From Lytechinus pictus (Eukaryota), in contig NC_087255.1 in the NCBI RefSeq assembly GCF_037042905.1, forward strand, positions 17,236,001 to 17,300,000: DNA of 64,000 nucleotides, in the 5' to 3' direction. The translations under genes were made by a program, and so were the position numbers. Numbering within the stretch: the first letter of the stretch is position 1; each line of letters starts with the position of its first letter. Of this stretch, positions 24,089 to 35,980 are shown piece after piece. Under the pieces are notes generated by a model. That model saw only the letters and a list, made by a program, of their open reading frames with translations, was not told where the DNA came from and searched no databases.

Positions 24089-25859
24089 AATGATTTTTTT
24101 ATTTTTACATACAAGGGAACCCTAAGTATACGGATATATTTGTGGTTTTAGAACGAATATAAAGTTGAAACATTCTTATTCCATGCTTTTCATCCGTAGA
24201 AATAACAATAGGGAGTTCTCGTAACAGCTACGCAGACACTTTCTGGAACGTAGAAAATCTATTGTCAAATGCCATTTTAAGACAATGAAGTCTTTGTCGA
24301 CGTCAGTGACTCTAAACAGCAGTTTCATCTGTGACTCTGGACAAAAGACATATTTGCAATTTTTCGTCCGCTCCGGAAAGCCGGACGAAACTGCTGTTCC
24401 GATCCACCAATTTTTGACAAGGACCTCCTAGGTTTCTATTGTGATTTGACATGCAGTTTCAATGCATTTGCTTCGTTCCAAGATTGATTCTGCGCAGCAG
24501 TGCGAAAGCTAGCTAACAACTCCTAAAACCTTCCTTGCGTCGTGGAGATCAATATAAATAATTCATAAACTCATAAAGCCAAATAGAAGTGCCTCTCATA
24601 GAAGTGTCTCTCATTATTACAGATAGCAAGAAATAGGCCTAATCTTCTGATATAATTGCCAGGGTAGTCATGATCGTTAAACCGACGCCAACTTTTTTTC
24701 ATCTCTCTATGGGAATAAAGTGCAGAGCCCTGTAGTTCATGGAAAAAAATTATGACGCTGGAAATATTATACTTTGATACAGAAACAAATTCAGGTTCAT
24801 TCATACCTTCACCTTTTAAACATTTGGCGCCTAGATGCATTTTTTTCTACTGGTTTCATTCATTTTCTATCAATTCGTTTCGACCAAAAAAAGTATCCTG
24901 AAAAAAACCCCTACATATACAGACTGTTCCCAAGAGATTTCTATATTATTCGTAACTGGTACTGATTACTCCTCAGTCATAACGTTGATTTAACATTTCT
25001 TTTTGCAACCATCAAAGCGGAAATCAATATCAAGTGAAAACAACTTTTAATGACGTCTCTTGTTGACTGGCGACATTTTGAAAGAAACTAACATATTCGC
25101 TGCGACGGGGGAAAGAAATAATTCTTGTCAGGAAGAATGGGAAGGAAAATGGAAAGCCAAGCCAAACAAATTGAAAGCCTTGACATTTGGCGTTAATAGG
25201 TAAGTGGATAAATCCCAGACCGCTTAATAAAATGTGAAAGGGTACATACGTTCATTGTCATTGTCTGTGTCATTTGAAAAGAAAATACAATGGCAAACCT
25301 TTAACGAATTCACGTGCGACTCGCGTATGTTTTTCTTTCTCAAATGTCTCTCAGTAACGTCCTACACGGAAAATATATCAAGGTCCAAGCCGATGATACA
25401 ACGCAGGAAAGGAAATGTTATTCAGAAAGATTCTTATGAAACTACTGAATGGTAATAACCTTTAGGTCACGTAATAGTCTCATCTTGCTAAAAGCACATG
25501 GACATACACAGCTGTGGAATTCATTCCTACGGGGGGTATTGCGTAAAATGTAAAAGAACGCTTAACAGCGAGCAAGCAAATCAAACGAGGTGAATTTGAC
25601 GGCGTTTTTTTAAGGGGGAGGGGGGTGGTGGGTATTGAAAGTGCACACTTTAAGTGTGATTTCGTGAAATATTTGGGGAAAAAAATAGATTTAAAAATAC
25701 ATTTTTTTTCCTTCCGAGGCATACGGCTATTTAGAAGTTACGTAAACTTAAACACCCTTCTGTTAAGTTGATAGTCATTGTCTAATCTTTCTAAGCTTTT
25801 CAGTAAATGAAGGATTTACATTCCTAAATATGACAGTACTTTCCTCACGATAGTACTGG

Positions 25860-26422
25860 CCCGGGGGGGCCACTTCCATTGACGAGTGGATACCATGCGC
25901 GACCACGGGGTCTCGAAAAGCACCCTAAACACGTATTTTTCATGTTCTGAAATGCACCCCTTAACAAGTATAAGTATTGGCGTCTCAAACACTACCCTTA
26001 AAAAGTATTGGAAACAAAACTGCAAGTATTCCCTGAAATGAACCCCTAAACAAGTACAGCGATATTTTATTGTTGTGTCACGGGTCCGTCGGTCGTAGTT
26101 TACCTAATTTACACACCATTTGGTTTATAGTACGACCCCATCTTCCTCACCTCGCGCAAATCGGGACTCTAAACACGTAGTGTTGGGGCAAAAAGGACAT
26201 CCTTTATACAACATTTTAATTTTGTTTTATCCCCGCAAATTTGACCCTAAACACGTAGCTTTCCTAGCGAAATAGATACCCTTTTTTCATTATTTTAGTG
26301 TTTTTGACACCCTTATCACGTTACGTACGTAACGTGCCCTATCTTGAAAAAGACATCCTTTTTACGTGTTTTTTTGGTCGCGCATATGGTATCCACTCGT
26401 CAATGTAAGTGGCCCCCCCGGG
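25860..26422 (-). mobile_element. CCCGGG-ended MITE, family A, copy 2 (inverted relative to copy 1)
   Basis: Same TIRs and interior as 10712-11255 in reverse complement. 8-bp TSD AGTACTGG (25852-25859, 26423-26430). Confidence 0.92.
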
Positions 26423-26476
26423 AGTACTGGACATGACTCATTTAACGGTCTACGAGCAATAGACCAGTTCGTAGTT

Positions 26477-26588
26477 AAGCCCCTTTCACAATTGGTGGTG
26501 CGACTGCTTACAACCGTTGCGATTGTGTGCAACATATATTGTGTCCAAGTGATCGCAAACGGTCGCACGAGCAATTGTGAAAGCCCCT
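26477..26588. mobile_element. Small Harbinger-like MITE
   Basis: Ends AAGCCCCTTTCACAATTG / CAATTGTGAAAGCCCCTT. Confidence 0.5.
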
Positions 26589-26591
26589 TTA

Positions 26592-27123
26592 CTCATGGAC
26601 AATTTTAGTCAAACGACCTTTCATTTCTTTCATTATGATAGGCAGATTTCAAAGCAAGATATTACGTAAGCTTGCCTTACATAGCAGGACGAAGAAATTG
26701 AATAGACCAGGTGACTAGAATAGCACATCAATGAACACTTTATGAAGGTATTTGTTGCATTCCTACTTTGAATGCATATCATAGCATGTTGCACAATGTA
26801 CTTGGCAAACTGTGAAATACCAGTCGTTCGTGCATGGACGCATTGTTGTTTTTTGTGGATGTAAATGAAAACCACTATTAAAAAGAATATATGAATAATC
26901 AAGACATCAAAGTTGGTGCTTATCTCATTAAATTTTAAACCACCATGTCACGTTAGTACAAATCCCTGATGTACTATTCTAGTCACCTGGTCTATACAAT
27001 GCCTTTTGTTCTTAGAATTTGAATACTCTACCGGTAAAGCTTACGCAACATCTACATTTGAAAATGATAGTGCTTATCCTAATGAAAAATCACAAAGGTC
27101 ATTTGAGAAAAGTTGATCATGAG
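26592..27123. mobile_element. MITE with ~140-bp imperfect terminal inverted repeats
   Basis: CTCATGGACAATTTT..TAGACCAGGTGACTAGAATAGCACATCA mirrored by TGATGTACTATTCTAGTCACCTGGTCTA..AAAAGTTGATCATGAG. Confidence 0.75.
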
Positions 27124-29473
27124 CTAACCGTGAACTGGCTTATTGGTTCGAGTTCGATCATGCCCGCAAACATTATGTAATATTACATACTGGATCATCA
27201 TTACTACTTGATAAGAAAGAGTAAGAACGTACTACGAAGCACTAGCATATATAAATCCATCTCCTTATTGCCTAAAATAGACGGGCAATTAAATTGAAAA
27301 ATTGATTGCATGCGTGTAAAGGGAATACACACAAGATCTTTATTCTTACGTCCCTCCCCTTGCTCCTTCTGTTGCGAGGTATCATCTAGGGATGAGAATA
27401 CTATCATGAAGCAGAGTGCATGCACGAGGCACCAAATTGAATAAAAGGGCAATTCATCGCGGAAATAAATAGCATGTCTGCGTATACAAGAACCGCATTG
27501 CCATGAGGCCGTCCTCCACTGGGGCTACAAAATCGAATTATTCCCCACTTTTCATGATTGGAGATCTAAGGTACCCGGATGTTTATTGATTCGAGTCGAT
27601 CCCTCTCCGCTTTACCGAGTTTATGTACTCTATTTTGCCAGCAGACAGCATGGGCATATGGACTTTACAGACTAAATTAAAAACAGTTAATATTTTCATG
27701 GTATTGTTATAGCTTTGGGAAAGAAGTACCTCAGAGGCACATTGAACATGTTGGGAAAAAAATTGTAAAAATTAACTATATTAGTGTGATTTGATGGAAG
27801 TGGGTGAAATTCTTGAATCCCTAATTTTTCAATAAATTTATTTCAATAAAGTTGTCTATGGCAGATGCATGGAGCTCTGTGTTTTTTCGCTCCATGGTAG
27901 ATGCATAATGAGTCAGGCAAAATAATATAATATTATCACTCCAGTGATTTACTTCCAAACATACGGAAGTTTAATCTCTTCAAATTACGACGAACTTCTT
28001 TGTTTCCAAGAAAGCGCTTGGCTGGAAATGAACCATCTGAAAACTCGGTCTGCTTTAATGTATCACATAACCACCTAACCTACGATGAGATGTTTCTTCA
28101 TGATTGCTCATGTCCATCGTCATCCCCTTTTATCTCTTGGTCAGTCCCTAGTGACCACTCACACTCAATGGTCATGACAGCATCCTGCAGTCCACATCCG
28201 GCTGGTATATTGATTAGTCTACGGGGGCAGCACTTCCCCCAATTTATTATGAAATTTCGCTGTTTTCGTTCACATTTCGAAACTAGATTAAGGTTGAAAT
28301 TGAAAGAATGCATAAAATGTTATCGTAATTGGGTCAATCAAGCTTGTTCACGTTTTAAAATGAGTGTAGAAGATCTAGATCATTTTTTTAATGATCTAAT
28401 TGTGAATTTTAACAATCATTGTAAATTCGAATTGATGTTGTTAAGTTAAATAATTATTATTAATTTGAATCATTATGGTAATTGAAAGTGTCATCACTGT
28501 GCAAATTATAGGTTTTTATCGCGAAATTAATGCAAATTCAGCCTTTGGGTAGCAAACATTGAACAAAATATATCTAGAATAATAAAAAAGCATGCAAGCC
28601 AGAAATTCGAATTTTCAAAAAAGAAAAAAACAAAACCGTATCTTCATTACACGAAATTAACAAAAGGAAAATATTTCATAATTACTAAATACTAACAGGC
28701 TTTATAACAAAAACAAATATAAAGTGAAACCGGGGAATCGTTATGCGTAGGCCTAATGATAGAAGCCCTTAGGGATCTAACCAACGTTATAAAAATCACT
28801 TAAAATAGGGCTTTATTGATATAATGATGCAAACCATCTAAGTGCCCTTTCAAAAAATCAATATAAACATGAAGAATCAAATATCAAGATTGAGGTACTT
28901 CAACACTCTGTACTTGAGTCTCAGGTAAAAATGCATCTCAGTCTGCTCTATTTTTATCTGTCATATAAATGATGTGCATTTGGGGTCGGAGTAGGCGGAG
29001 GGAAGCGATCGAACGACGGCCATCATTTGAGAAGCAGGGTCGGGTTCTGAAATAGGCTGACATTTTCATTAGGGGGATAGCATTATTGCAGCGGGTTTTG
29101 GCCGGAACTAGGACTCCCTGCCACGGTGTCATGACTTCCAGAATGACGCTTGCAAATGATTTCTTTGTTGAAATAGAGGGCACACGTCTGCCCAAGTATT
29201 TACGCCACTGACATAGCACCAGATGAGGCGTGAAGTTTGCTCACCAATCACTCAAATAACTGGCATCCGTTGCCTGATTGCTTACAGCTGGGAGACCACA
29301 GAAGGGTGGTGACCATTTTGCGATGACAAGATCAACATCTATTATTAGTATGTCCATCTTTTATGAAGGAATGTTTGGATAGGTTCAACAATGAGCACAC
29401 CGTGACCTGTTTGAAATGGCATTCACGCAATTCATGTAATCTAGCACTCTCACGAAAAAAAAGTTCGTTCATT

Positions 29474-29653
29474 ATACCTCAGTCACATTTGCCCTACGGC
29501 GACCGTACGGCGAGTCGAAAACGGCCGTTTCATTCATTTTTATTCAAACCACCTATATGTAGCTGGTACAAAAATAAAATGTTAAAACGGCTGTTTTCAA
29601 CTTGCCGTACGGCCGCCGCTACGGCGCGCTGTAGAGCAAATGTGACTGAGGTA
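29474..29653 (+). mobile_element. PIF/Harbinger-like MITE, copy 1
   Basis: TIR TACCTCAGTCACATTTGC / GCAAATGTGACTGAGGTA with TTA/TAA flanks and internal GCCGTACGGC motifs. Confidence 0.8.
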
Positions 29654-29762
29654 TAAACGATGAACGTGATGACGTAGATCCAAAGTGGTTCGATAGGATA
29701 TGTTCTGAGGGAGACATTGGGGGACTTTTCAAACTGAAGCCTCACCATTTAACTACTACAAA

Positions 29763-30712
29763 CAGTTGTGCTAAAAGGTTAGTGAAACCATGGACCTATA
29801 AGAAATGGACGATGAACGTTAGCATTCTTTTGATGCAATTATAGTCGCCGTATCCTGATTATGTGCATATTAATGAGAACATACAGGTGTTTTGAAAATA
29901 GCGGCTACCAAGGCGAATCTGATCTTTACAAAGGAATCTTTTTCCTATTCTCGGTGTTTGTTGGCTGATGTCCTGTATCAGATGATGTTTCAGATTTGGA
30001 ACAGCAAATTGAGAAGCAGACGATTTTTGTAATATCAAATAATATTATTATCGATTTGCACAGTTCTGCACACTCATAATGACCTTACTAAAAACGAGAG
30101 AGGGACGACCCCTACAAGAAACCAAACATGTTTCTCTGGAATGTTATGAGGAAAATCTTTAAAATGTGATTATGAATTACTAACAATTCAATCCAATCAA
30201 TCAATCTCATTTCATTCTCTATCTTGAAATATTCATACATTCCCCCCCCCCAAAAAAAAAAAACATGGAACTAAGATAACCATTTGTAAACCAGAACTGC
30301 ACATTAATTCCACAGAACTTAGGTTATTTATTACCTTCCGCGCATACAATTTGTCTAAGGTTAATGTCTAATCACCGAAAGCGTCTGTTAGTCATGGCTT
30401 AATTGACGGCGACCATGATGGGATCACATGAGATAGATATTAAGAGAATGTTATTCACATGACATTGACAGTCAGATGTTAGTGAATTCATTAACTAACC
30501 GATGAATGTCCAGCTTTCATTGGTCATGCCGAGTGTTGAATGTAGACAAAAACACTACAATGCTCGACGAGCCCAGAGAAACAAACTTTATTGAATGCTT
30601 TCACCATTGAATGCTGACTTCACCATTAAATTGAATGCAAAACTTGGCAGAACTTGAACACTTTAAATATTTTCATTTTCTGGTGGGGTTCACTAACTTT
30701 TGAGCACCACTG
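29763..30712. mobile_element. Decayed Tc1/mariner-like non-autonomous element
   Basis: TIR CAGTTGTGCTAAAAGGTTAGTGAAACC vs reverse complement CAGTGGTGCTCAAAAGTTAGTGAACCCC, with TA on the right flank. Confidence 0.6.
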
Positions 30713-31015
30713 TATGTACGGCATAATACCCTACTTCGTGTTAACGGCATACAAAGTTGACGGAGCGAAGCAAAGCGAGAAAATGAGCATCCCTGACATA
30801 CATGTTTAGAAGACCGAAGCGATGACGTCACTAAAACCGCGTTTTCTTTGCAATTCGGTGTTTTTTGTTTTGTTTTACTATACATCGGCAGCGCATGATG
30901 GAAATACCCAAACCCAAATTTGGTAGGATTCGGTCCATGGCAAGCATTAGGGACCCGAGATATGTCTACATAAATATAAAATTAGACCCATTTATTGGCC
31001 TAGTTTTAAATGTTA

Positions 31016-31176
31016 TAGCTTGGTCACATTTGCTCTCTGGCGGCCGTACGGCAAGTCGAAAACAGCCGTTTTAACCTTTTTTGCATCAGCTACATAGAGG
31101 TGGTTTGAAATAAAAAAGAATAAAACGGCTGTTCGACTCGCCGTACGGCCGCCGTAGAACAAATGTGACCGAGGTA
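31016..31176 (-). mobile_element. PIF/Harbinger-like MITE, copy 2
   Basis: TIR TAGCTTGGTCACATTTG / CAAATGTGACCGAGGTA with a TTA duplication. The interior is homologous to 29474-29653 in reverse orientation. Confidence 0.8.
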
Positions 31177-31271
31177 TTAGTCACATTTACAGTGACATAC
31201 TAATCACGAATGGAACCATGCAGTGAGTAATTTTCAATGGCATTATTTTTTTCAAAATTCATATAAGGATT

Positions 31272-32080
31272 TGAAGAGTTTTGTTGCAAAAGAGGTCAGA
31301 TCCACTTTGGACCATTCCGAAAAAAAAAATGTTTTTTTTAATTCTCCCATATTGCAATATTCTTATGAGAAACTAAAATGTCATGATATACTACCTTATC
31401 ATGTGAACATAAAATTGGGTATAAAATGAATCAACCTGTCTTCAATTTTTTTAATATCTATAAAAAAATCATTGTGGATCGAACCCCTTTTGCAAGCAAA
31501 CTGAAATGAATCCGATCCCTTTTGAATAAGAAAGTAGTTTTTCTTTGCCACTTTTATTCACGTTTTAATGTGAATTTCAAATTGTCTTCGGTATCATCGG
31601 AGTGACTAAAAATGTCTAGGTTTTGAGACAAAAAACAATAAAATTTATGAAAAATGGATCAAACCCCTTTTGAAAAATGAGCTCTTCAGAAGAGTTTGGT
31701 TACAAAAGGGGGTAGATCTACTCCAAGAAAATCATTTTTTTAATTCTCCCATATTGCAATATTCTTATGCAAAATTAGATTTTCATGATACCCTACCATG
31801 TGAACATAAAATTGGGTATAAAAGAAATCTACCTGTCTTCATATTTTGTAAAATATTCTTTTCCAAAAAAAATATCTTTGAGGATCTAACCCCTTTTGCA
31901 ACCAAACTGAAATGGATCTAACCCCTTTTGAAAAAAGGGATTTTTCTTTCCCATTTTTGTTCACTTTTTAATGGGAAATTCAAATTTTCTTTGGGATCAT
32001 CTTATAGAGCTATTTAAAATCTTTACATTTAGACAAAAAAAATATCAAATTTGATGAAAATGATGCAACTGAGCTCTTCA
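31272..32080 (+). mobile_element. Head-to-tail dimer of a ~410-bp GAAGAG...CTCTTC element (possibly Sola-like)
   Basis: Two diverged copies (31272-31688, ~31689-32080) share TAATTCTCCCATATTGCAATATTCTTATG and GTGAACATAAAATTGGGTATAAAA. Each ends in GAGCTCTTCA. Confidence 0.75.
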
Positions 32081-32173
32081 TTTGTATTTGCAAAAGGCCA
32101 CAACTTATGTATTTCTCATTTTATGTGAACAAACTCTTTTTATCTTATAACATGATTACCCGATAAATAACTT

Positions 32174-32388
32174 ACATTATTAAAAAAAAAATCATTCAAA
32201 TTGACTAGACCAGTAGTCAGCTGGGTGCAACTGATATGTCTAGTCACACTTCTGAATTATATTCTAGACAGAAATAACTCTGTTCTAGTGAAATACGACG
32301 AGAAAATAGTCCACTATGACTAGAATAATAGTTGCACCCAGCTGACCCTATTAACTAGTCATTTTTGACTGATTTGTTTTTAGAGTGT
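32174..32388. mobile_element. Palindromic MITE with a CACT-type right end
   Basis: GTCAGCTGGGTGCAACT / AGTTGCACCCAGCTGAC inverted pair; right end TTTTTAGAGTG. Confidence 0.65.
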
Positions 32389-32705
32389 ATGAAGATTTCA
32401 ATGGTGGAGAAAGAATCAAAGTAAACATTTCACGGTGCACAGTGCAAATTCCGTGGGCATGTGTTCGCTTCCGACAAGGACCACCAAAACCCAACATCTG
32501 GCGAATCCCCCAATTTTCTCACCGTTCCGATTTGCATTGTATTTCAGTACGATGCGAAAAGTGCCATCACATCACAGTGGGGATAGAGATGATCCGTGAT
32601 AATTGTAAATGGGTTCATGGGTCTTGACTGTTTATTCTCCATCGCACACCAATATCCGTTCCTCAGAGTTGGAATGATAGGCAGATGGAAAACAGGATCT
32701 ACGTC

Positions 32706-33194
32706 CCCGGGTGGGGGGGGGGGGGGCAGTCAAATGTATTGCTGTACACATAACATGCGTCCCCAAATTATTTCCAAACACCCCCTAAACGAGTTTTTCT
32801 ATGTGTGCAAAACAACACCCCTGAACAAGTTTTTCACGGGCTTAATTTACACATTCTGGCCCTTAAACAAGCTGTCGCCAGAATATGACCCCCTAAAAAA
32901 GTATTGTCTCGGGCCCGAACACTTAAGAAACAAGGGGGAAAAAATACTTTTAACACGTTTGGCTAGTCTTAAAAAAAAAAGCTTTGGAAAAAAAAAAAAT
33001 TTATTGTTCGACCCCGCGATTGACCATAGATCAGACTTTCAAGACCCCCCTAAAAAAGAGTAAAAATTTGTGTTTTTGATACCCCTGATGAGTGCACGAG
33101 CGACCCGCGTCCAAAAGTAAAGAAGACCCACCCCTTTCAACGCGTTTTTTTGTCACGCATGTGTACAGCAATATATTTGACTGCCCCCTCCGGG
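32706..33194. mobile_element. CCCGGG-ended MITE, related family B
   Basis: TIR CCCGGG..GGGGCAGTCAAATGTATTGCTGTACACAT / ATGTGTACAGCAATATATTTGACTGCCCCCTCCGGG. 8-bp TSD TCTACGTC (32698-32705, 33195-33202). Confidence 0.88.
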
Positions 33195-35186
33195 TCTACG
33201 TCTCACTTCGCTCTCTTCATACTCGATCTCAAAGCCCGGTCTCAAAGTCAATGAATTTGGAAAAACACCCAGTAAAAGATATTGCTTTTCTAATGGTAGC
33301 CAAAATAAGTTGTCCGTATACCAGTTGTGGTAACGACCTAAAAAGTAATTCGAACAGAATGCAATAAATGACCACTCAAGCGTTTGTAAATAATGAAAAA
33401 AAAATGTGTGTCAATTTGCTCTGGAAAACAATGTGTAATTGCAAAGAAATGAGCAAAATAAGCACGGAATTACACAAAATGTCGGGTATTTTTCCAAACA
33501 ATATTAATACACTGTCCCACATTTGCCTTTTTGTGTTGGCTATCATCAGAATTATCGGTTTTCAGCTAAGATTTCATGATTTCACAAAGAAGAGTTCATT
33601 TCAATGTACCAGATCTATATGTATGATAATAGGGTGGTAATTAACCTTGATTTTAAAAGCTCCTCGTGAAATAATTGTGGCAAATTACTTTCTTTTACCT
33701 TCAAGCGTAAGGGACGCGGGACCCTTCTATATTTTGATAATCACCCATTGGACATATAAATGAAGCAAATTTTAGAAATATGCTCACCCTCTATTTAAAC
33801 GTGCTCTTTGCGCCCCCTATATTTCAAAATCCGCCAGTGGATAAACACACACAAAGCGCGTGATAAAAAGATCTAAAAACGATAAGACATACGCGCCATG
33901 TGCAATAATAGATGAATATATATAAGGACGTGTGATCGCGTTACTTTACTTCATATTTCATCTTTTTATATGAAGTGACTGGGCCTTGATAATGGGCGGA
34001 GTGGTTTACCTCAAATCCTACCACTACATCCCTAATAACATAATCCATCAGAAACACCACCGACCCAATGTTAATTGAATTTTGGTTTTCGGACAATGCT
34101 GGCTGTAATGGTGCATTAGTCTTTAACAGATCTGTCGTCTACCACTGACGTTGACATCGTTAATGTGGCGACAATAAAGTACAGCTGATTTCACTCGATC
34201 CAGTCTCAAATTTGTCATGTTTATGTCATTATGAATAGAGGTTCCCATATATGATTTTTTTCAATTTCTCAATCCACCTTTTCGGATAGCAAAAAACTTC
34301 ATTGTAATTTACGCTGTATAAGGACTGACTATTATTATTATCATCATCATCATTATCGTTATATTACTAAGAATCTCTTTCCATGTTAACGAATAAATTG
34401 ACAAGAAGTTGTTTATACTCTAAGAGAAATCAAATACACTTTCTACTCATGCAGAAATACACATAAAAATAATTGAAAACCTGCTTGGTAGTACAAGTCT
34501 AAAAATGGTGGCGATTGAAAGCATAATCGAAGTTTTTCTTCTTGCGCTTATCGAGGACACACGCTTGAATGAACAGAAAAAGAAAAAAAAAAAGAGCGAA
34601 ACTGAAATCAAGATTATTATTAAATTTATGTTACATCGCTTACGCACAGTAAAAATGCTATCTGATTTTTTTTATTATACAACGAGGTCTACTACGAGTT
34701 ATGAACAAAAAGAATTTTTTTTTTACGTTTAACCATTCACCAAACCACTTTGAGACCGTGAGGATAAATACTAATGCTTACATAAATATTATATTCCATC
34801 TATCGACGTTCTCAAATTTCAATCAGCCAACCTAAACTCTACCCCATATTTTATTTATTCATATTTCATAGTTATCTCCATATTTTTCAATTTCAATTCA
34901 GTTGTTTTATTTTTCCACCTTCAATTTCGAATTAATATTTACAATTATCATACAATTGACAAAGTAAAACATAATCACATTTGAAGAATATACAAAATTA
35001 ATAACATTAAAACCTTACAATAGACAGTTATCAGATTGAAATATAAATAATTGGAATTGAAATAAGAGAAGAAAACTAAAAATTGACCACACGGGTACCT
35101 GTAGTGAATTCGTATTTTAAAGAATTATTGCTCTTAGAAATAATCCCTGAGTAATTTCTCAAATTTCTGAATTCGGTATTCATTTT

Positions 35187-35398
35187 GGTGACACGGTATT
35201 TGCTCCGACGACAATTGCCCCGTGCTTTATTTCGTCGAAGATGAATCGTTAGTGTTAGGGTTGCAATAAGTTTTATGTTATGTTCATGGTTAGGTTTAGG
35301 ATAGGGTACTGTGATAAATCCGGGTTGAAGTTGGTCATTCCATTAGTTTGTGAAATTCACAGCGGAGCAATTGTCGACGGAGCAAAAGTCACGTAACC
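35187..35398. mobile_element. Miniature relative of the 15-bp-unit foldback element
   Basis: GGTGAC..TTTGCTCCGACGACAATTG / CAATTGTCGACGGAGCAAA..GTAACC. Flanks ATTCATTTT / ATTGATTTT. Confidence 0.75.
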
Positions 35399-35435
35399 AT
35401 TGATTTTAGCCTTACGTGAATTACCCCCACATTAA

Positions 35436-35980
35436 AGGGATGCTCCGGACTAAAAATATTATGACATAAACAGATAAAGAACAATCAGACAAACAAAACA
35501 CTAAATATTTGATCAAAATCGGACAAAGAAAAACAAAGTTATGGCATTTTAAAGATTTGCATTATGTCTTCATGAATATTCTATGAGCAAATTGATGATG
35601 CCACATCCCAACTTGTTCTATTGTATTTTATTATATGCAATTAGGTTTATTCACATTGTTTCTACCAAGAACTGGAAAAATTGGATTGACAACAGGTTCA
35701 ATGCATTAGATATTCGTTGCTGCAACTTATTTCATTATAAAGGGGACATATCGTTCACACATGTAGAAAATATAAGACAATTATGATTTCATGTAATAAC
35801 ATAAGAAAAAGGAAAGTGGGGACGTGACATCATCAGCCCACCTAATGACGTGCATATAACTATTTTCACAAAATATTGCTAAAATTTAAAATTCAATAAC
35901 TTCGTCATTTGTTATCCGTTTTCGGTGAGATTTTTCAGCTTTTTGCTCGGTGAATTTTACTCTATTTATTTAGATATTAA
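35436..35980 (+). mobile_element. Kolobok-like non-autonomous element, right end missing
   Basis: Starts TTAA|AGGGATGCTCCGG. An internal inverted pair (ATCGGACAAAGAAAAACAAAGTTAT / ATAACTTCGTCATTTGTTATCCG) is present. Confidence 0.5.

Noticed and set aside
10712-26422. Composite transposon or inversion bounded by the two inverted family-A MITEs
   Set aside because: Each copy retains its own matching TSD pair, so they are independent insertions with no exchange of flanks.
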